Shown piece by piece: positions 48,391 to 57,900 of a stretch of DNA of 64,000 bases. The DNA lies in the NCBI GenBank assembly GCA_011364905.1, contig RDNZ01000009.1, positions 1 through 64,000 of the forward strand, given 5' to 3'. A program made the translations under genes and the position numbers. The stretch is from Candidatus Thorarchaeota archaeon (GTDB taxonomy: Archaea; Asgardarchaeota; Thorarchaeia; Thorarchaeales; Thorarchaeaceae). The stretch's first letter is position 1. Every line of letters begins with the position of its first letter. The notes beneath the pieces are model-generated. The model made no database searches and had not been told where the DNA came from. It worked only from the letters and a program-made list of their open reading frames with translations.

Positions 48391-49113
48391 ATGACTGAAC
48401 TTCTCCACATGAAGGATAACTATCTACAACAGTTTGATTGCAGGGTCGATGCAGTTGGCAACGACTATGTTGTTTTGAATAGAACCGCTTTCTATCCAGA
48501 GGGCGGAGGACAAACGTCTGATAAGGGAACATTGACTGACGGGTCAAGGACCGTGAAAGTCATAGAAGTAAAGAAGGTGCAGGGCCAGATACAACACAGG
48601 ATTGACGGCACGCCTTTCGAGAAAGGCGTTGAACTACATGGCGAACTTGATTGGGCAAGGCGATACGAGAACATGCGATTCCATACTTGTCAGCATGTGC
48701 TTTCCAGGTATTTGCAGATTAACTACAATGTCGAAACAAAAGGCAATAACATCAAACCAGGTGAGAGCCGAGCTGATTATACTCCCTTAGAATCATTTGA
48801 TGATGAAATGAAACGCACTGTTGAAGCAGGCGTGAATGAAATTCTGGATCAAAACCTCAGTGTGGAAATCAGATTCATGCCTAGAGAGGAAGCAATCTCT
48901 TTCCTTACAGAACGAAATTACCAAACTCGATACCTTGAGATGGTTCCCAAATCCGTTAAGGAGTTTAGAGTTTTGATAATCGGTGATTATGACGTTGCAT
49001 CTTGTGCAGGGACGCATGTCAAAAACACAAGTGAGATTGGTCATATTCAGATTGGCAAGTCCAAGAATGTTGGAGCCGGTGTGCGACGAATCTACTTCAG
49101 GCTGATTCACTAG
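48391..49113 (+). CDS. alaXM: Alanyl-tRNA editing protein AlaX (M-type)
   Basis: TAFYPEGGGQ..D.G, H...H (FHTCQH), CAGTH. Confidence 0.9.
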   Translation: MTELLHMKDNYLQQFDCRVDAVGNDYVVLNRTAFYPEGGGQTSDKGTLTDGSRTVKVIEVKKVQGQIQHRIDGTPFEKGVELHGELDWARRYENMRFHTCQHVLSRYLQINYNVETKGNNIKPGESRADYTPLESFDDEMKRTVEAGVNEILDQNLSVEIRFMPREEAISFLTERNYQTRYLEMVPKSVKEFRVLIIGDYDVASCAGTHVKNTSEIGHIQIGKSKNVGAGVRRIYFRLIH

Positions 49114-49180
49114 TACCATTATGCATCACTGCTAACAGTTTTATGCGCCATAGTGTTGACTAGTTACAGTGTGAGTCACA

Positions 49181-50476
49181 ATGAAGGCACTCGTGCTAAC
49201 TGCTGGGGAAGGTCAACGCCTACGACCTCTCACCACTAATCGCTCAAAGTCAATGCTGATGATTGCAGGACGACCAGTCCTTCAATATATCATAGATAGC
49301 CTCATCGAAAACGACATTCGGGATATTGTCATTGTTGTTGGTCATGGACGCGAAGAGCTCATCGATCACTTTCAAATGGGTGGAGATTTCGGTGTCAGGA
49401 TTCGTTACATGATACAGCACCAACAGAAGGGCGTGGAACACGCTATTTTGACCGCTCGGGAAGAACTCGAAGGAGAAGAGGAATTCCTGCTTGTCAATGG
49501 TGATGTACTCGTAGAACCCGAGATGGTCAGTCGCACGCTCAGTACTCACAAGACCCTGGGCGGGGCTGTCACTATGCTCGTAACATTAGTGTCGAATCCA
49601 GAGCAGTTTGGTACGGTGAAACTTGGGCCAAATGGGATTGTAGAGAAGCTGGTGGAGAAAGGTGGTCCAGACCGGTATGTCAGCAATTATGCTGTTGCGG
49701 GAGTTTCAGTCTTCAATACTGAAGTGTTGCCTCTATTAGAGAAACACGGTGCGATGGAACTTGCTTTTGAAGAGTACATCAAGAGTGGAAATCAAGTTTC
49801 AGCAACTGTCTGGGAAAAAGAATGGGCGGAGTTCACCTGGCCTTGGGATATACTCGATGCTAACAAGATTGTGATGGATCGTTTACTCAAAGGCAAGGGC
49901 AGCTACATCGCAGAATCAGCAGATGTTCACCCAAGTGTTGTAATAGAAGGATCTGTCTACATTGACGAAGGTAGTATCATTCGGCCTAACACTACTCTCA
50001 GAGGCCCTATCTATATCGGGAAAAACGTGTATGTTGGCAACAACTCGTTGATTCGAGACTATAGCAGTCTTTGTGATGGTGTGCGAATTGGGTATGCTGT
50101 TGAAATGAGAAACAGCATGGTCTTTGAACGAGTCAATATTGGACGAATGACATACCTCGCAGACTCGATTATTGGGGCTGACACTTGTATCGAAGCGGGT
50201 GCGCAACTATGGAATTGGCGACCAGGTTTGGAACCGCTGTATCTCAAACAAGAGAACGAAAAAGTACAGGTTCCGCTGCGCAAATTTGGAGTCATTGTGG
50301 GTGACAATGTTGTTATTGGCGTAAATGCGTCAATATACCCTGCTACTAGGATTGGAGAGGACAGCATGATATCTGCAGGTTGTGTTGTTGAAGAAGATAT
50401 ACCGCCACAGAGCAATGTGACACTGAAACAGAAACTAGTAGTATCAAAAAGAAAGGACCTCAAAAGTTGCGACTAG
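49181..50476 (+). CDS. Bifunctional sugar-1-phosphate nucleotidylyltransferase/acetyltransferase (archaeal GlmU-like)
   Basis: L.AGEGQRLRPLT, NGD, EK, C-terminal hexapeptide repeats. Confidence 0.9.
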   Translation: MKALVLTAGEGQRLRPLTTNRSKSMLMIAGRPVLQYIIDSLIENDIRDIVIVVGHGREELIDHFQMGGDFGVRIRYMIQHQQKGVEHAILTAREELEGEEEFLLVNGDVLVEPEMVSRTLSTHKTLGGAVTMLVTLVSNPEQFGTVKLGPNGIVEKLVEKGGPDRYVSNYAVAGVSVFNTEVLPLLEKHGAMELAFEEYIKSGNQVSATVWEKEWAEFTWPWDILDANKIVMDRLLKGKGSYIAESADVHPSVVIEGSVYIDEGSIIRPNTTLRGPIYIGKNVYVGNNSLIRDYSSLCDGVRIGYAVEMRNSMVFERVNIGRMTYLADSIIGADTCIEAGAQLWNWRPGLEPLYLKQENEKVQVPLRKFGVIVGDNVVIGVNASIYPATRIGEDSMISAGCVVEEDIPPQSNVTLKQKLVVSKRKDLKSCD

Positions 50477-50487
50477 CATGTTTGTTC

Positions 50488-51144
50488 TTACTCACTAAGA
50501 AATTCTCCCACTAGGACCTCATCGGCATATACATAGATAGTTGAGTTGCGTTCTATTATTTTAATATCGGGTTCCTTGATTGCACTTGGTAACATGAACC
50601 GATGGCCTTCAACAATTATTGTTGATCTTTTTGGTTCCTCATGAATTAGAGTGTCATGGGTTGTTTTCCGGACGTCCTTTTCTCTTGATGGAATTATTCC
50701 TACCTCTGAAAGGAGAGAATCTAATTGCTGAACCTCAAGCTCAGTCATCTGAGATCTAATGGATTTGTAACCGAGGTATCTGTCCTTGCCACGTCTTATT
50801 ACATGATCCTCGTATTTTCCTGCGAACAATCTCTCAATTGCGAGATAAGGCCCTAAGCCTCTTCTAATAGAATCATTGTCAGTCGTGAGTTCACTCGTTC
50901 CCCCTCTTGACTGCGCAGGATGGCTAAGTTCATGCGAGATAAGCCCTAGGATACCCGACTCATGCCAAGCTTTCACATCATTATTGACTCTTATCGAAAT
51001 CCTTTCCTTTGTTTCATCCCAATAGATTTGAGCAAAGCTTGATGTCCTACCCCATGTAACTTGCAAATTAGAATTGATAAGCTCAGGATATGCGTGAAAC
51101 ACCAGAGTATTGGCCAATGCATGAATGTCTGGAACCCTCGGCAC
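50488..51144 (-). CDS. Hypothetical minimal zincin-like protein (HExxH)
   Basis: GLISHELSH, E..TD....RRG pattern. Confidence 0.6.
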   Translation of the reverse strand: MPRVPDIHALANTLVFHAYPELINSNLQVTWGRTSSFAQIYWDETKERISIRVNNDVKAWHESGILGLISHELSHPAQSRGGTSELTTDNDSIRRGLGPYLAIERLFAGKYEDHVIRRGKDRYLGYKSIRSQMTELEVQQLDSLLSEVGIIPSREKDVRKTTHDTLIHEEPKRSTIIVEGHRFMLPSAIKEPDIKIIERNSTIYVYADEVLVGEFLSE

Positions 51145-51259
51145 CGCTCTAAACTCTCTATTGATTTCTCTTGAAAAAGCAACAAATGAGCATCTTTAAA
51201 AGTCAAACTCCAGCTTTCGGCCGTGAACCTAGCAACAAGTACCTAGGAGAGTAATTACT

Positions 51260-52171
51260 ATCAGCCGTAAGAGATGGGGTAAATCAGCCGTAAAGACCGA
51301 GAGAATAATACGGGATGCGATTCCAAAACCTGAGACCGAAACAGGAATTGACGAATATCTCGCGAAAGCAAAATCCATCACCTGCTATGATCTTGCTAAT
51401 CGGTTCAATATTCGAATGAGCGTGGCCCGAAAGATTCTCAGAGAGAAGGAAGGTGAAGGCGTTGTTGTCCCATACATACGTGAAGGCGGATTTGTTGTTT
51501 ATACCACGCCTGAAGAAGTCGAGAAGAGAGAAGAAGGCGCTCCCATAGTAGTAGCTGATGCTCTGGAAGAAGTTGCATCAAGTGTTCCAGAAACACCAGT
51601 GATTACCGATGAGATGGAAATCGCACTGGCTGCCGCATCCGGTCCTGAGGCTGTAAAACCCAGCAGACTTGCTCGCAAACGAAGAGAGGCTGGAGAAAAG
51701 AAAGAGCGGAAGGACACACGACCTGAGGTTGTTGTTGAGCCCCTGGAACCGGCTGAACGTCAACCTGAACCAGAATCAGAACGGGAAGAAAAACCTGCGA
51801 AGAAAACAGCTCCTAAGAAGCCTGCTCCCAAGAAGACAACAAAGAAGACAGCTTCTAAAACAGCTGCGAAGAAGGATGACAAAAAGAAGCCTGCTCCCAA
51901 GAAGACAACAAAGAAGGCTGATGAGAAGGAAAAGGCTCCCAAGAAGACAGCTTCTAAAACAGCTGCGAAGAAGGACGATAAAAAGAAGCCTGCTCCCAAG
52001 AAGACAACAAAGAAGGCTGATGAGAAGGAAAAGGCTCCCAAGAAAAAAGCTTCTAAAACTGCTGCGAAGAAAGATGACAAAAAGAAGCCTGCTCCTAAGA
52101 AGGCAACGAAAAAAGCTGATAAAGATAAGGCGTCATCCAAGAAGAAAAGCGACTCAAAGAAGAAGTCTTGA
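51260..52171 (+). CDS. rps25e: Ribosomal protein eS25 with long acidic plus Lys/Ala/Pro-rich C-terminal extension; probable non-AUG start
   Basis: In-frame upstream of ATG 51416: SRKRWGKSAVK...KSITCYDLANRFNIRMSVARKILRE...G.V......VVYT (eS25 winged helix). No ATG/GTG/TTG between stop 51230 and 51416. Confidence 0.8.
   Translation: MSRKRWGKSAVKTERIIRDAIPKPETETGIDEYLAKAKSITCYDLANRFNIRMSVARKILREKEGEGVVVPYIREGGFVVYTTPEEVEKREEGAPIVVADALEEVASSVPETPVITDEMEIALAAASGPEAVKPSRLARKRREAGEKKERKDTRPEVVVEPLEPAERQPEPESEREEKPAKKTAPKKPAPKKTTKKTASKTAAKKDDKKKPAPKKTTKKADEKEKAPKKTASKTAAKKDDKKKPAPKKTTKKADEKEKAPKKKASKTAAKKDDKKKPAPKKATKKADKDKASSKKKSDSKKKS
51842..52130 (+). repeat. 99-bp coding tandem repeat (about 3 copies; KKTASKTAAKKDDKKKPAPKKTTKKADEKEKAP)
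   Basis: Units start at 51842, 51941 and 52040. Confidence 0.9.
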
Positions 52172-52335
52172 GATTTGGGATTCGTTCATCCAAGTCTAGC
52201 GTGTACAGTTTTGCCCTTCGGGACGTAAACCTACGCAAGAAGTGAAGAAACAGAATAAGGGTTGCCTCGCACTCTTCTATCGTTCTGAAAGCCTCGAGTG
52301 CGAGTCAACTTCAGTAACCTGGATTAAACCTAGCA

Positions 52336-52926
52336 TTACTTCAGAGCAGAAATTTGCTTGTCAACATCCTCAAGCTGAGTATCAAGTTCAGACTCCTTTG
52401 TCTTGTACTCATCTTCAGGAATGTAACCTCGCATGTAGTCAAACCGTAAGTCTGTAAGTTGAGCTTTCAGTTTGTCTTTCTGCTGGAGTAGGAAGTCCAA
52501 CTGATCACTGCCTTCCGCAGGTGCGGCCTCGGCAGCAGGAGCTGGTGCTGGTTCCATAGATGGTGCTGGTTCCGTAGCTGGTTCTGGAGCAGGCGCCGGT
52601 TCAGGAGCTTCTACAACCTCCGGTGTTGGCTCGGGTGCTGGAGCTGTAACCTCCGGCTGCGGCGCAGGTTGAGGTGCAGGAGCCGGAGTCTCAACTTTTG
52701 GGGCATCTGTCTTGACGCTTTCCATTTTCTCCATATTCTGCCTCAGAACTTCAATCTGATTGGCTATCTCAGCAAAGCTGTCATTAATCGTCTGATTGAT
52801 AGACATCTTCATCTTCGCGAAGTTTTCAGCCAGTTGATCCGCAAGCTTTTTTGTTTCAGCAACGTTCTCGGCGAAGCCTTCTATTTCTTTTAGTTTCTCC
52901 ATCATAGCTTGAATATCAAAGGACAT
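52336..52926 (-). CDS. Coiled-coil / Pro-Ala-Glu linker / SHOCT-like protein
   Basis: N-terminal coiled coil, PAPE linker, L.FDY..GYI.EDEY..K. Confidence 0.75.
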   Translation of the reverse strand: MSFDIQAMMEKLKEIEGFAENVAETKKLADQLAENFAKMKMSINQTINDSFAEIANQIEVLRQNMEKMESVKTDAPKVETPAPAPQPAPQPEVTAPAPEPTPEVVEAPEPAPAPEPATEPAPSMEPAPAPAAEAAPAEGSDQLDFLLQQKDKLKAQLTDLRFDYMRGYIPEDEYKTKESELDTQLEDVDKQISALK

Positions 52927-53016
52927 GTATTGTCACCAAAGTCGGCTAATTATATGGAACATCATTACATTTCGTTCTTAACCTTTGCCTTGACGAATAT
53001 GTAGCGGATATTCATA

Positions 53017-53868
53017 TTAAGCGACTTTTGCTTCAGCCTTGCCTTCCAAAATAGCTCTACGAATAATCTGAATGAGTCTATCTCTGTATGAAATATCAAT
53101 CGCAACCAGCTCGTATGTTGGAATTCCGAGGATTTGACCAACCCTCTCTGGTGTCAAAGCTGTTGGAAGGTCTTGTTTATTGGCAATCCCAATTACCTTG
53201 GCATCAGGGACCTCGTCTTTGACAAGTGTCACCAGCTTCTTGCTTCGCAACACATTTTCAAGCGTACTGTCTGTGACTATTATTACAACCTGCGCATTGG
53301 CAATCATTTTTGCCCATAGAATGCTGAATCGGGATTGACCCGCCAGATCCCAAAGGACGATATTTGCATTCTCAACTTCCTCAGGCAGTTTTTTGATAGA
53401 CACACCGATTGTCGGATCGTGGACAAGTGGAAGAGTTTCTCCGCGGAGAAGGTGAAGTGTTGTGGTCTTTCCGACTCCAGCGAATCCCAATATAGCTACC
53501 TTGACCATTGTGACTGCAATCTCGTCGACTTTGTCATCGAATCCATCCAAGGGCTGATTTGCAGAGGCCAGATTTGCATAGTCACGCATGAATGAGTCTA
53601 CCAGTTGTTCCATCTTTTCCTCGATTTGTGTGGAATCGTCTGCTTTGTCAGCAACGAACATAAACGTGAAGGAATCCCTCTGTGCAAAGAAGATACGCGA
53701 GATTGCTACATTCATGAACTCTGTCTTGTTCTCTAAGTCCACAGTTCCTAGGAATTGAGTGAGGTTGATCAGAAATTCAACAAGATCAGCCTTCGACTCG
53801 CTCTTTGCATAATCCTTAGAATAGAGCATATTCCCCTGTTCGCCAAGCACATACACACTTCTGATCAT
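53017..53868 (-). CDS. Ras-superfamily small GTPase with N-terminal longin domain
   Basis: G1 GFAGVGKTT, G2 PTIG, G3 WDLAGQ, G4 NKQD; N-terminal MI.SVYVL...G..LYSK.Y longin pattern. Confidence 0.9.
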   Translation of the reverse strand: MIRSVYVLGEQGNMLYSKDYAKSESKADLVEFLINLTQFLGTVDLENKTEFMNVAISRIFFAQRDSFTFMFVADKADDSTQIEEKMEQLVDSFMRDYANLASANQPLDGFDDKVDEIAVTMVKVAILGFAGVGKTTTLHLLRGETLPLVHDPTIGVSIKKLPEEVENANIVLWDLAGQSRFSILWAKMIANAQVVIIVTDSTLENVLRSKKLVTLVKDEVPDAKVIGIANKQDLPTALTPERVGQILGIPTYELVAIDISYRDRLIQIIRRAILEGKAEAKVA

Positions 53869-54986
53869 GTTGGTTCACCACAACTTTGCATCAAGAGTTC
53901 CAGATGCCTTCGTGCAATTTGAGGTGTTATCTCTTTCTCTGACACCTTTTTCTTTATCATAGGTAAAACATACTCTGGAAGGAATGACTCAATTCTTGGA
54001 TTAGTTAAAAGGGCCCATATGTCCTCATCTTCAAAGTGCACCGCGACTTTTGATGCTTCAAGCGACCAAAGTACTTTCTTCACAATAGATTCAGGCAGTG
54101 CGGTTTTCAAAGCCACTTCTCCTGCAGTGAGCGGCTCAGTACGCAATGCATCGAGAACCATGTAGTTCAAGCTATCAGCGAGAAGTCGTGAGATTTTCTC
54201 CCGATCCTCCAAGATGGGAGAGTTTGGGTCAGTAAATGGTAAAGTTGGATTGTACCCTTTATTTGGTGGCGGGGGCGAGAAAAATGAGGTAACATACTCA
54301 TTGTATTGATTGGCAATGGCTGGGAGAGTGTGACTTGCTTTCTTAATTGACTCCACAGGAGGCGCACGATAACCAAAGATGTCCTTCACAAGAAACACCA
54401 TTTCTGCTGTTTTACCTATCATTTCGACCTTTACGACTCCCGAGTTCATTAGCGGTGCCATTGCTTCTCTGAGGTCCACCTCATCCTGAACTTGGTTCTT
54501 TAACCAAATTGAAAGTTTGGCCGCCTTCTCAACTCCCTCTGCTTGCATACGTTCCAGAAGAAGAGCAGATGATGGTGTCAGGAATATCTCAGCAAGCTTT
54601 TGCTCTTCGCTTGTCTTTTCCAAGATGCTGCCTGCCTTCACAATCTCCTCAAGATTCACGGCATCCGCATCTTCATTCATTAGTGCGAGGATTAGGCGTC
54701 CCGATCCAGCGAGTCCCTCTGTTACAAGGTCAAATTCCTCCTCTGCACCAAGAACAGTGCAGACCATCCACTTTGGATATTGAGGAGAGCTGAAGATAGC
54801 GATTCTCAATCCTTCTATCTCAGCAAGGCTCAGATTCTCTTTGTTCTCTTTCTGCTGCTCATAGAAAATCAGATTCAGGACTTTTTCATTGAGTGTCAAT
54901 GTTGAAGGATATCTCTGCTTCACAAGGAACCCCTGAAAGTCATCAAGATGAACCACAAATGTCGCTTCTGGCATATGCCGTCCCAC
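53865..54986 (-). CDS. Longin/uDENN-like N-terminal domain plus winged-helix domains
   Basis: FVVHLDDFQGFLVKQRYP start; wHTH-like LT..EVA.KT.LP...V.K.L..LE; 4-nt overlap with the GTPase gene. Confidence 0.6.
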   Translation of the reverse strand: MGRHMPEATFVVHLDDFQGFLVKQRYPSTLTLNEKVLNLIFYEQQKENKENLSLAEIEGLRIAIFSSPQYPKWMVCTVLGAEEEFDLVTEGLAGSGRLILALMNEDADAVNLEEIVKAGSILEKTSEEQKLAEIFLTPSSALLLERMQAEGVEKAAKLSIWLKNQVQDEVDLREAMAPLMNSGVVKVEMIGKTAEMVFLVKDIFGYRAPPVESIKKASHTLPAIANQYNEYVTSFFSPPPPNKGYNPTLPFTDPNSPILEDREKISRLLADSLNYMVLDALRTEPLTAGEVALKTALPESIVKKVLWSLEASKVAVHFEDEDIWALLTNPRIESFLPEYVLPMIKKKVSEKEITPQIARRHLELLMQSCGEPT

Positions 54987-55055
54987 CTATGGAGGTTGCA
55001 ATATAGACATAAATGTTTGACCCTCATGTAGTGTTCAAAGTAGTATATAGTGAAA

Positions 55056-55415
55056 TTATCTGCTTTTTCGTTCTTCATCCAGATGTTTGAGACATACTAT
55101 GTCTCCATTTGGATTTAGAATCCAACACTTTTCGCAGACATATTGCTCACACATTATGCAGGTGCCCACACGCTGATGAAAGAATTCAAGTCGATGCAGA
55201 TTAGCTCCCTTGCCATGTTCTTCGCAGAAGCTCTGTCCACATTGAACGCAGGTAAACTGTTTTCTCATCCCGCAAAAATCGCAGGATAGTCCAGAGATAG
55301 CTGATTCATGGATGGACTCTGAGCAATCAGGGTTCTTGCAGATTCCAACACCCTTGTATTTCCCACAAGACTGGCAAATTGGTAGTAACAGGGGGTCATT
55401 TCTTTTTGCTTTCAT
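55056..55415 (-). CDS. Cys/His-rich multi-zinc-finger protein
   Basis: CQSC, CDFC, CVQC...FCEEH, CIMC..VCEKC, CLKH. Confidence 0.7.
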   Translation of the reverse strand: MKAKRNDPLLLPICQSCGKYKGVGICKNPDCSESIHESAISGLSCDFCGMRKQFTCVQCGQSFCEEHGKGANLHRLEFFHQRVGTCIMCEQYVCEKCWILNPNGDIVCLKHLDEERKSR

Positions 55416-55482
55416 AGCGATTGAAATCCTTCAAGGCATATGGGGCGCGTTAAAAACTCCAGTTGATTCTCCATAAGAAAGT

Positions 55483-57855
55483 ATGAAAAGCATTCCTATG
55501 ACTCCAACCATAGGAATCAATATGGACCTTGACGGCTGGAACCTCATTGTACCCTCCACTGCCACTCGGAGACTCCAGTTGGCCGGCGGTCAACAAATGG
55601 AACAAGCCGTACCTGAGGATTATGTCGTGGCTGGAATGGTGCTCCGAGCAATTGAGCAGCGTGAAGGCCGGGAATTGGAGTTCATACTTAAGTGTTACTT
55701 ACCTATAGCAATCGCAGAATCTCCATTTGCAAACAGAAGCTATCTTGTGGAACTTCTTGGCTTGACAAGTGAAACCATGATTTACCATAAACAAATCGAT
55801 ATACAATCTCTTGTCAAAGAGTTGGAGACTGACACTGATACAAAGACTCTGTTGAAATGCGTCAAGGAAGCAAGAGAACTGGTTTCAACTCTAAGAAATA
55901 CAGAAAGAACAGTGCTACTTGGGCTCATGAGCGGCTTAATTGCGCGAGGTATTGCCCAGGTCCTCGAGAGACCCTTACGAAACCAAATTGTGGATTATGA
56001 GGTTATACTCACCGGTCTTCTGAAACAAAAGGAGTTCCAAAAGACAATCGATATCCTTCAAGAAACTGCAACATTACTCAGCACAGTCAATGATGACATG
56101 ACACACACCATTGAACTCATCACATCGAAAGTTGAATCGCTAGTGGAAAGGACAGAAGCAGAATCAACACCAGTCCTTTCAAGATTAGATCTACGAATCC
56201 AATCGTTGCAAAATCAGATAGAAGCCATGGAGTCGGAGTTAACCAAAGTAAAGGCTTCTTCTTCGGACCAGAAACAAGCACGGATTACTGAGATTCAACA
56301 AACACTAAACGCAAGAACCGCAGCACTCAAACGTGACGACGACAGAAGAAACAAGATTCTTGCGAAGATTCAAGGGTCATCGCGAGAATTACTCATTGAC
56401 CGTGACAATCTGAAGGCTGAATTTCAAGCAGCGTCAAAGACAATACATGATCAACTGGCTTCAATTATCGACATGTCTGTCCCAGTCATTCCTCATAGTG
56501 TTGGGGACAAAGGAGCACTTGTCCTTTTGCCATTCTTCATTGCAGGCTTCTCCAAGAAAGGTCAACTTCGAATCGAGATATACCCAGTCTCTCAAATGGT
56601 GACTAATGGAGAGAAGGTGAGCCGGAGACGAGATTTCGTGGATGGATTCACAAGTCCTTCAAGAACCATTGATGCAATAACATCAATGTTGAATGAGCGA
56701 GCCAATAATGATGTTACTTTAAGAAAATTCATCCGAGAGTCTTCAGAGAACTTCAACCTTCTGGCTGTAAAGGAATCAAGAGAACTGATCTTAGAAGGAG
56801 CTACCTCTTTAATGGGCGATGGTCTTGTAAAGCAACCCCTTGTTGACGAACTAAGGTCTTTAATCTCTGGCACACCTGAAGCGAAACCCAAGAAACGAGT
56901 GAGGCGTCAAGTGACTCCACTTGTCAGCGATGGCTCCCTCTCGCGAGTGCGATTTCACATACAAGATGAATCTGGGCATCCAATAGAAGGGGCTGAATTG
57001 GAACTTGGGGGAATATCCGCTAAGTCCGATGATAAGGGCACAATCGTAGTTTCTATCCCGTTAAGCAAACATGAAGGAATTGTTCGAGCCGCTGGATATG
57101 TCGATAAACCTGTTGAATTCTCTCTAACGTCTTCAGGCGATGTAGCAATTCCAATAATGCTCAACTCACTTTCCCATGAAGATCACATCGCTGCCAAACT
57201 TGACGAGCTCGTAGACAAATCTCGGCGTCTTGACATGATTCGTGAGCGGCTCTGGGAGGCTTTTGAAACTCAAGGAAGTACCCTGCTCAGTATTCCTGCA
57301 TATCGCACAGCACTTGCAGAGCTACTCAGTGAGCTTGGTTATGAACCTGAATCTTGGATTGCTGAAGCGAAGATGAAATCAGGAATGGTGAAACGACTGC
57401 TAAAGAGAGATGACCGAACCGATGGCCTGCGTCGCGACATCCTCCGACTAGCTGAGGAGTCCAAGATGTTTGGAGGAATTATGCTATTCTCGGAGCTTCT
57501 CGTCAGATTGGACAATGCAGGATGGGGTACACATGCGGCTGAGATTGAGGACATCATTGAAGATATGTCCAAAGAAGGGTTGGTCCAAGGTATTTCAAAG
57601 ATTGAAGGCGGTGCACTCCTCGTAGAGTTTATTCCAGTTGGACTTACAGACGACCCGCAGGAACTTCTGAGTCTTGCATCCACAAAGGATGGACGTCTAA
57701 GTATTGAGGATGCAGTAGTTGAGCTGGGTTGGACTGAAGAACGAGTAAAGAATGCTCTTGAACTTCTTGTTAAGAATGGCGTAGCAAAAGAGCAACGTAG
57801 TTATTCAAAAAGCACACAGTACTGGTTCCCTGGTTTGAGAGGGGGAAAGAAATAA
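55483..57855 (+). CDS. Large fusion: coiled coil, Ig/carboxypeptidase-regulatory-like domain and C-terminal Vps22/EAP30 (ESCRT-II) domain
   Basis: V.D..G.PIEGA.L....SD..G motif; C-terminal P.YR......LG.EP, GG.M...EL, P..LT.D...LL.LA...G.LS......LGW..ER...ALE.L...G, YWFPGL. Confidence 0.78.
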   Translation: MKSIPMTPTIGINMDLDGWNLIVPSTATRRLQLAGGQQMEQAVPEDYVVAGMVLRAIEQREGRELEFILKCYLPIAIAESPFANRSYLVELLGLTSETMIYHKQIDIQSLVKELETDTDTKTLLKCVKEARELVSTLRNTERTVLLGLMSGLIARGIAQVLERPLRNQIVDYEVILTGLLKQKEFQKTIDILQETATLLSTVNDDMTHTIELITSKVESLVERTEAESTPVLSRLDLRIQSLQNQIEAMESELTKVKASSSDQKQARITEIQQTLNARTAALKRDDDRRNKILAKIQGSSRELLIDRDNLKAEFQAASKTIHDQLASIIDMSVPVIPHSVGDKGALVLLPFFIAGFSKKGQLRIEIYPVSQMVTNGEKVSRRRDFVDGFTSPSRTIDAITSMLNERANNDVTLRKFIRESSENFNLLAVKESRELILEGATSLMGDGLVKQPLVDELRSLISGTPEAKPKKRVRRQVTPLVSDGSLSRVRFHIQDESGHPIEGAELELGGISAKSDDKGTIVVSIPLSKHEGIVRAAGYVDKPVEFSLTSSGDVAIPIMLNSLSHEDHIAAKLDELVDKSRRLDMIRERLWEAFETQGSTLLSIPAYRTALAELLSELGYEPESWIAEAKMKSGMVKRLLKRDDRTDGLRRDILRLAEESKMFGGIMLFSELLVRLDNAGWGTHAAEIEDIIEDMSKEGLVQGISKIEGGALLVEFIPVGLTDDPQELLSLASTKDGRLSIEDAVVELGWTEERVKNALELLVKNGVAKEQRSYSKSTQYWFPGLRGGKK

Positions 57856-57900
57856 GACTCAGCGCTTGTAATGAGTTGATACTCCGATGAGGTTTGAAGA

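Noticed and set aside
51842-52130. Regular repeats resembling a CRISPR array
   Set aside because: Contiguous in-frame 99-bp coding repeats with no unique spacers and no cas genes
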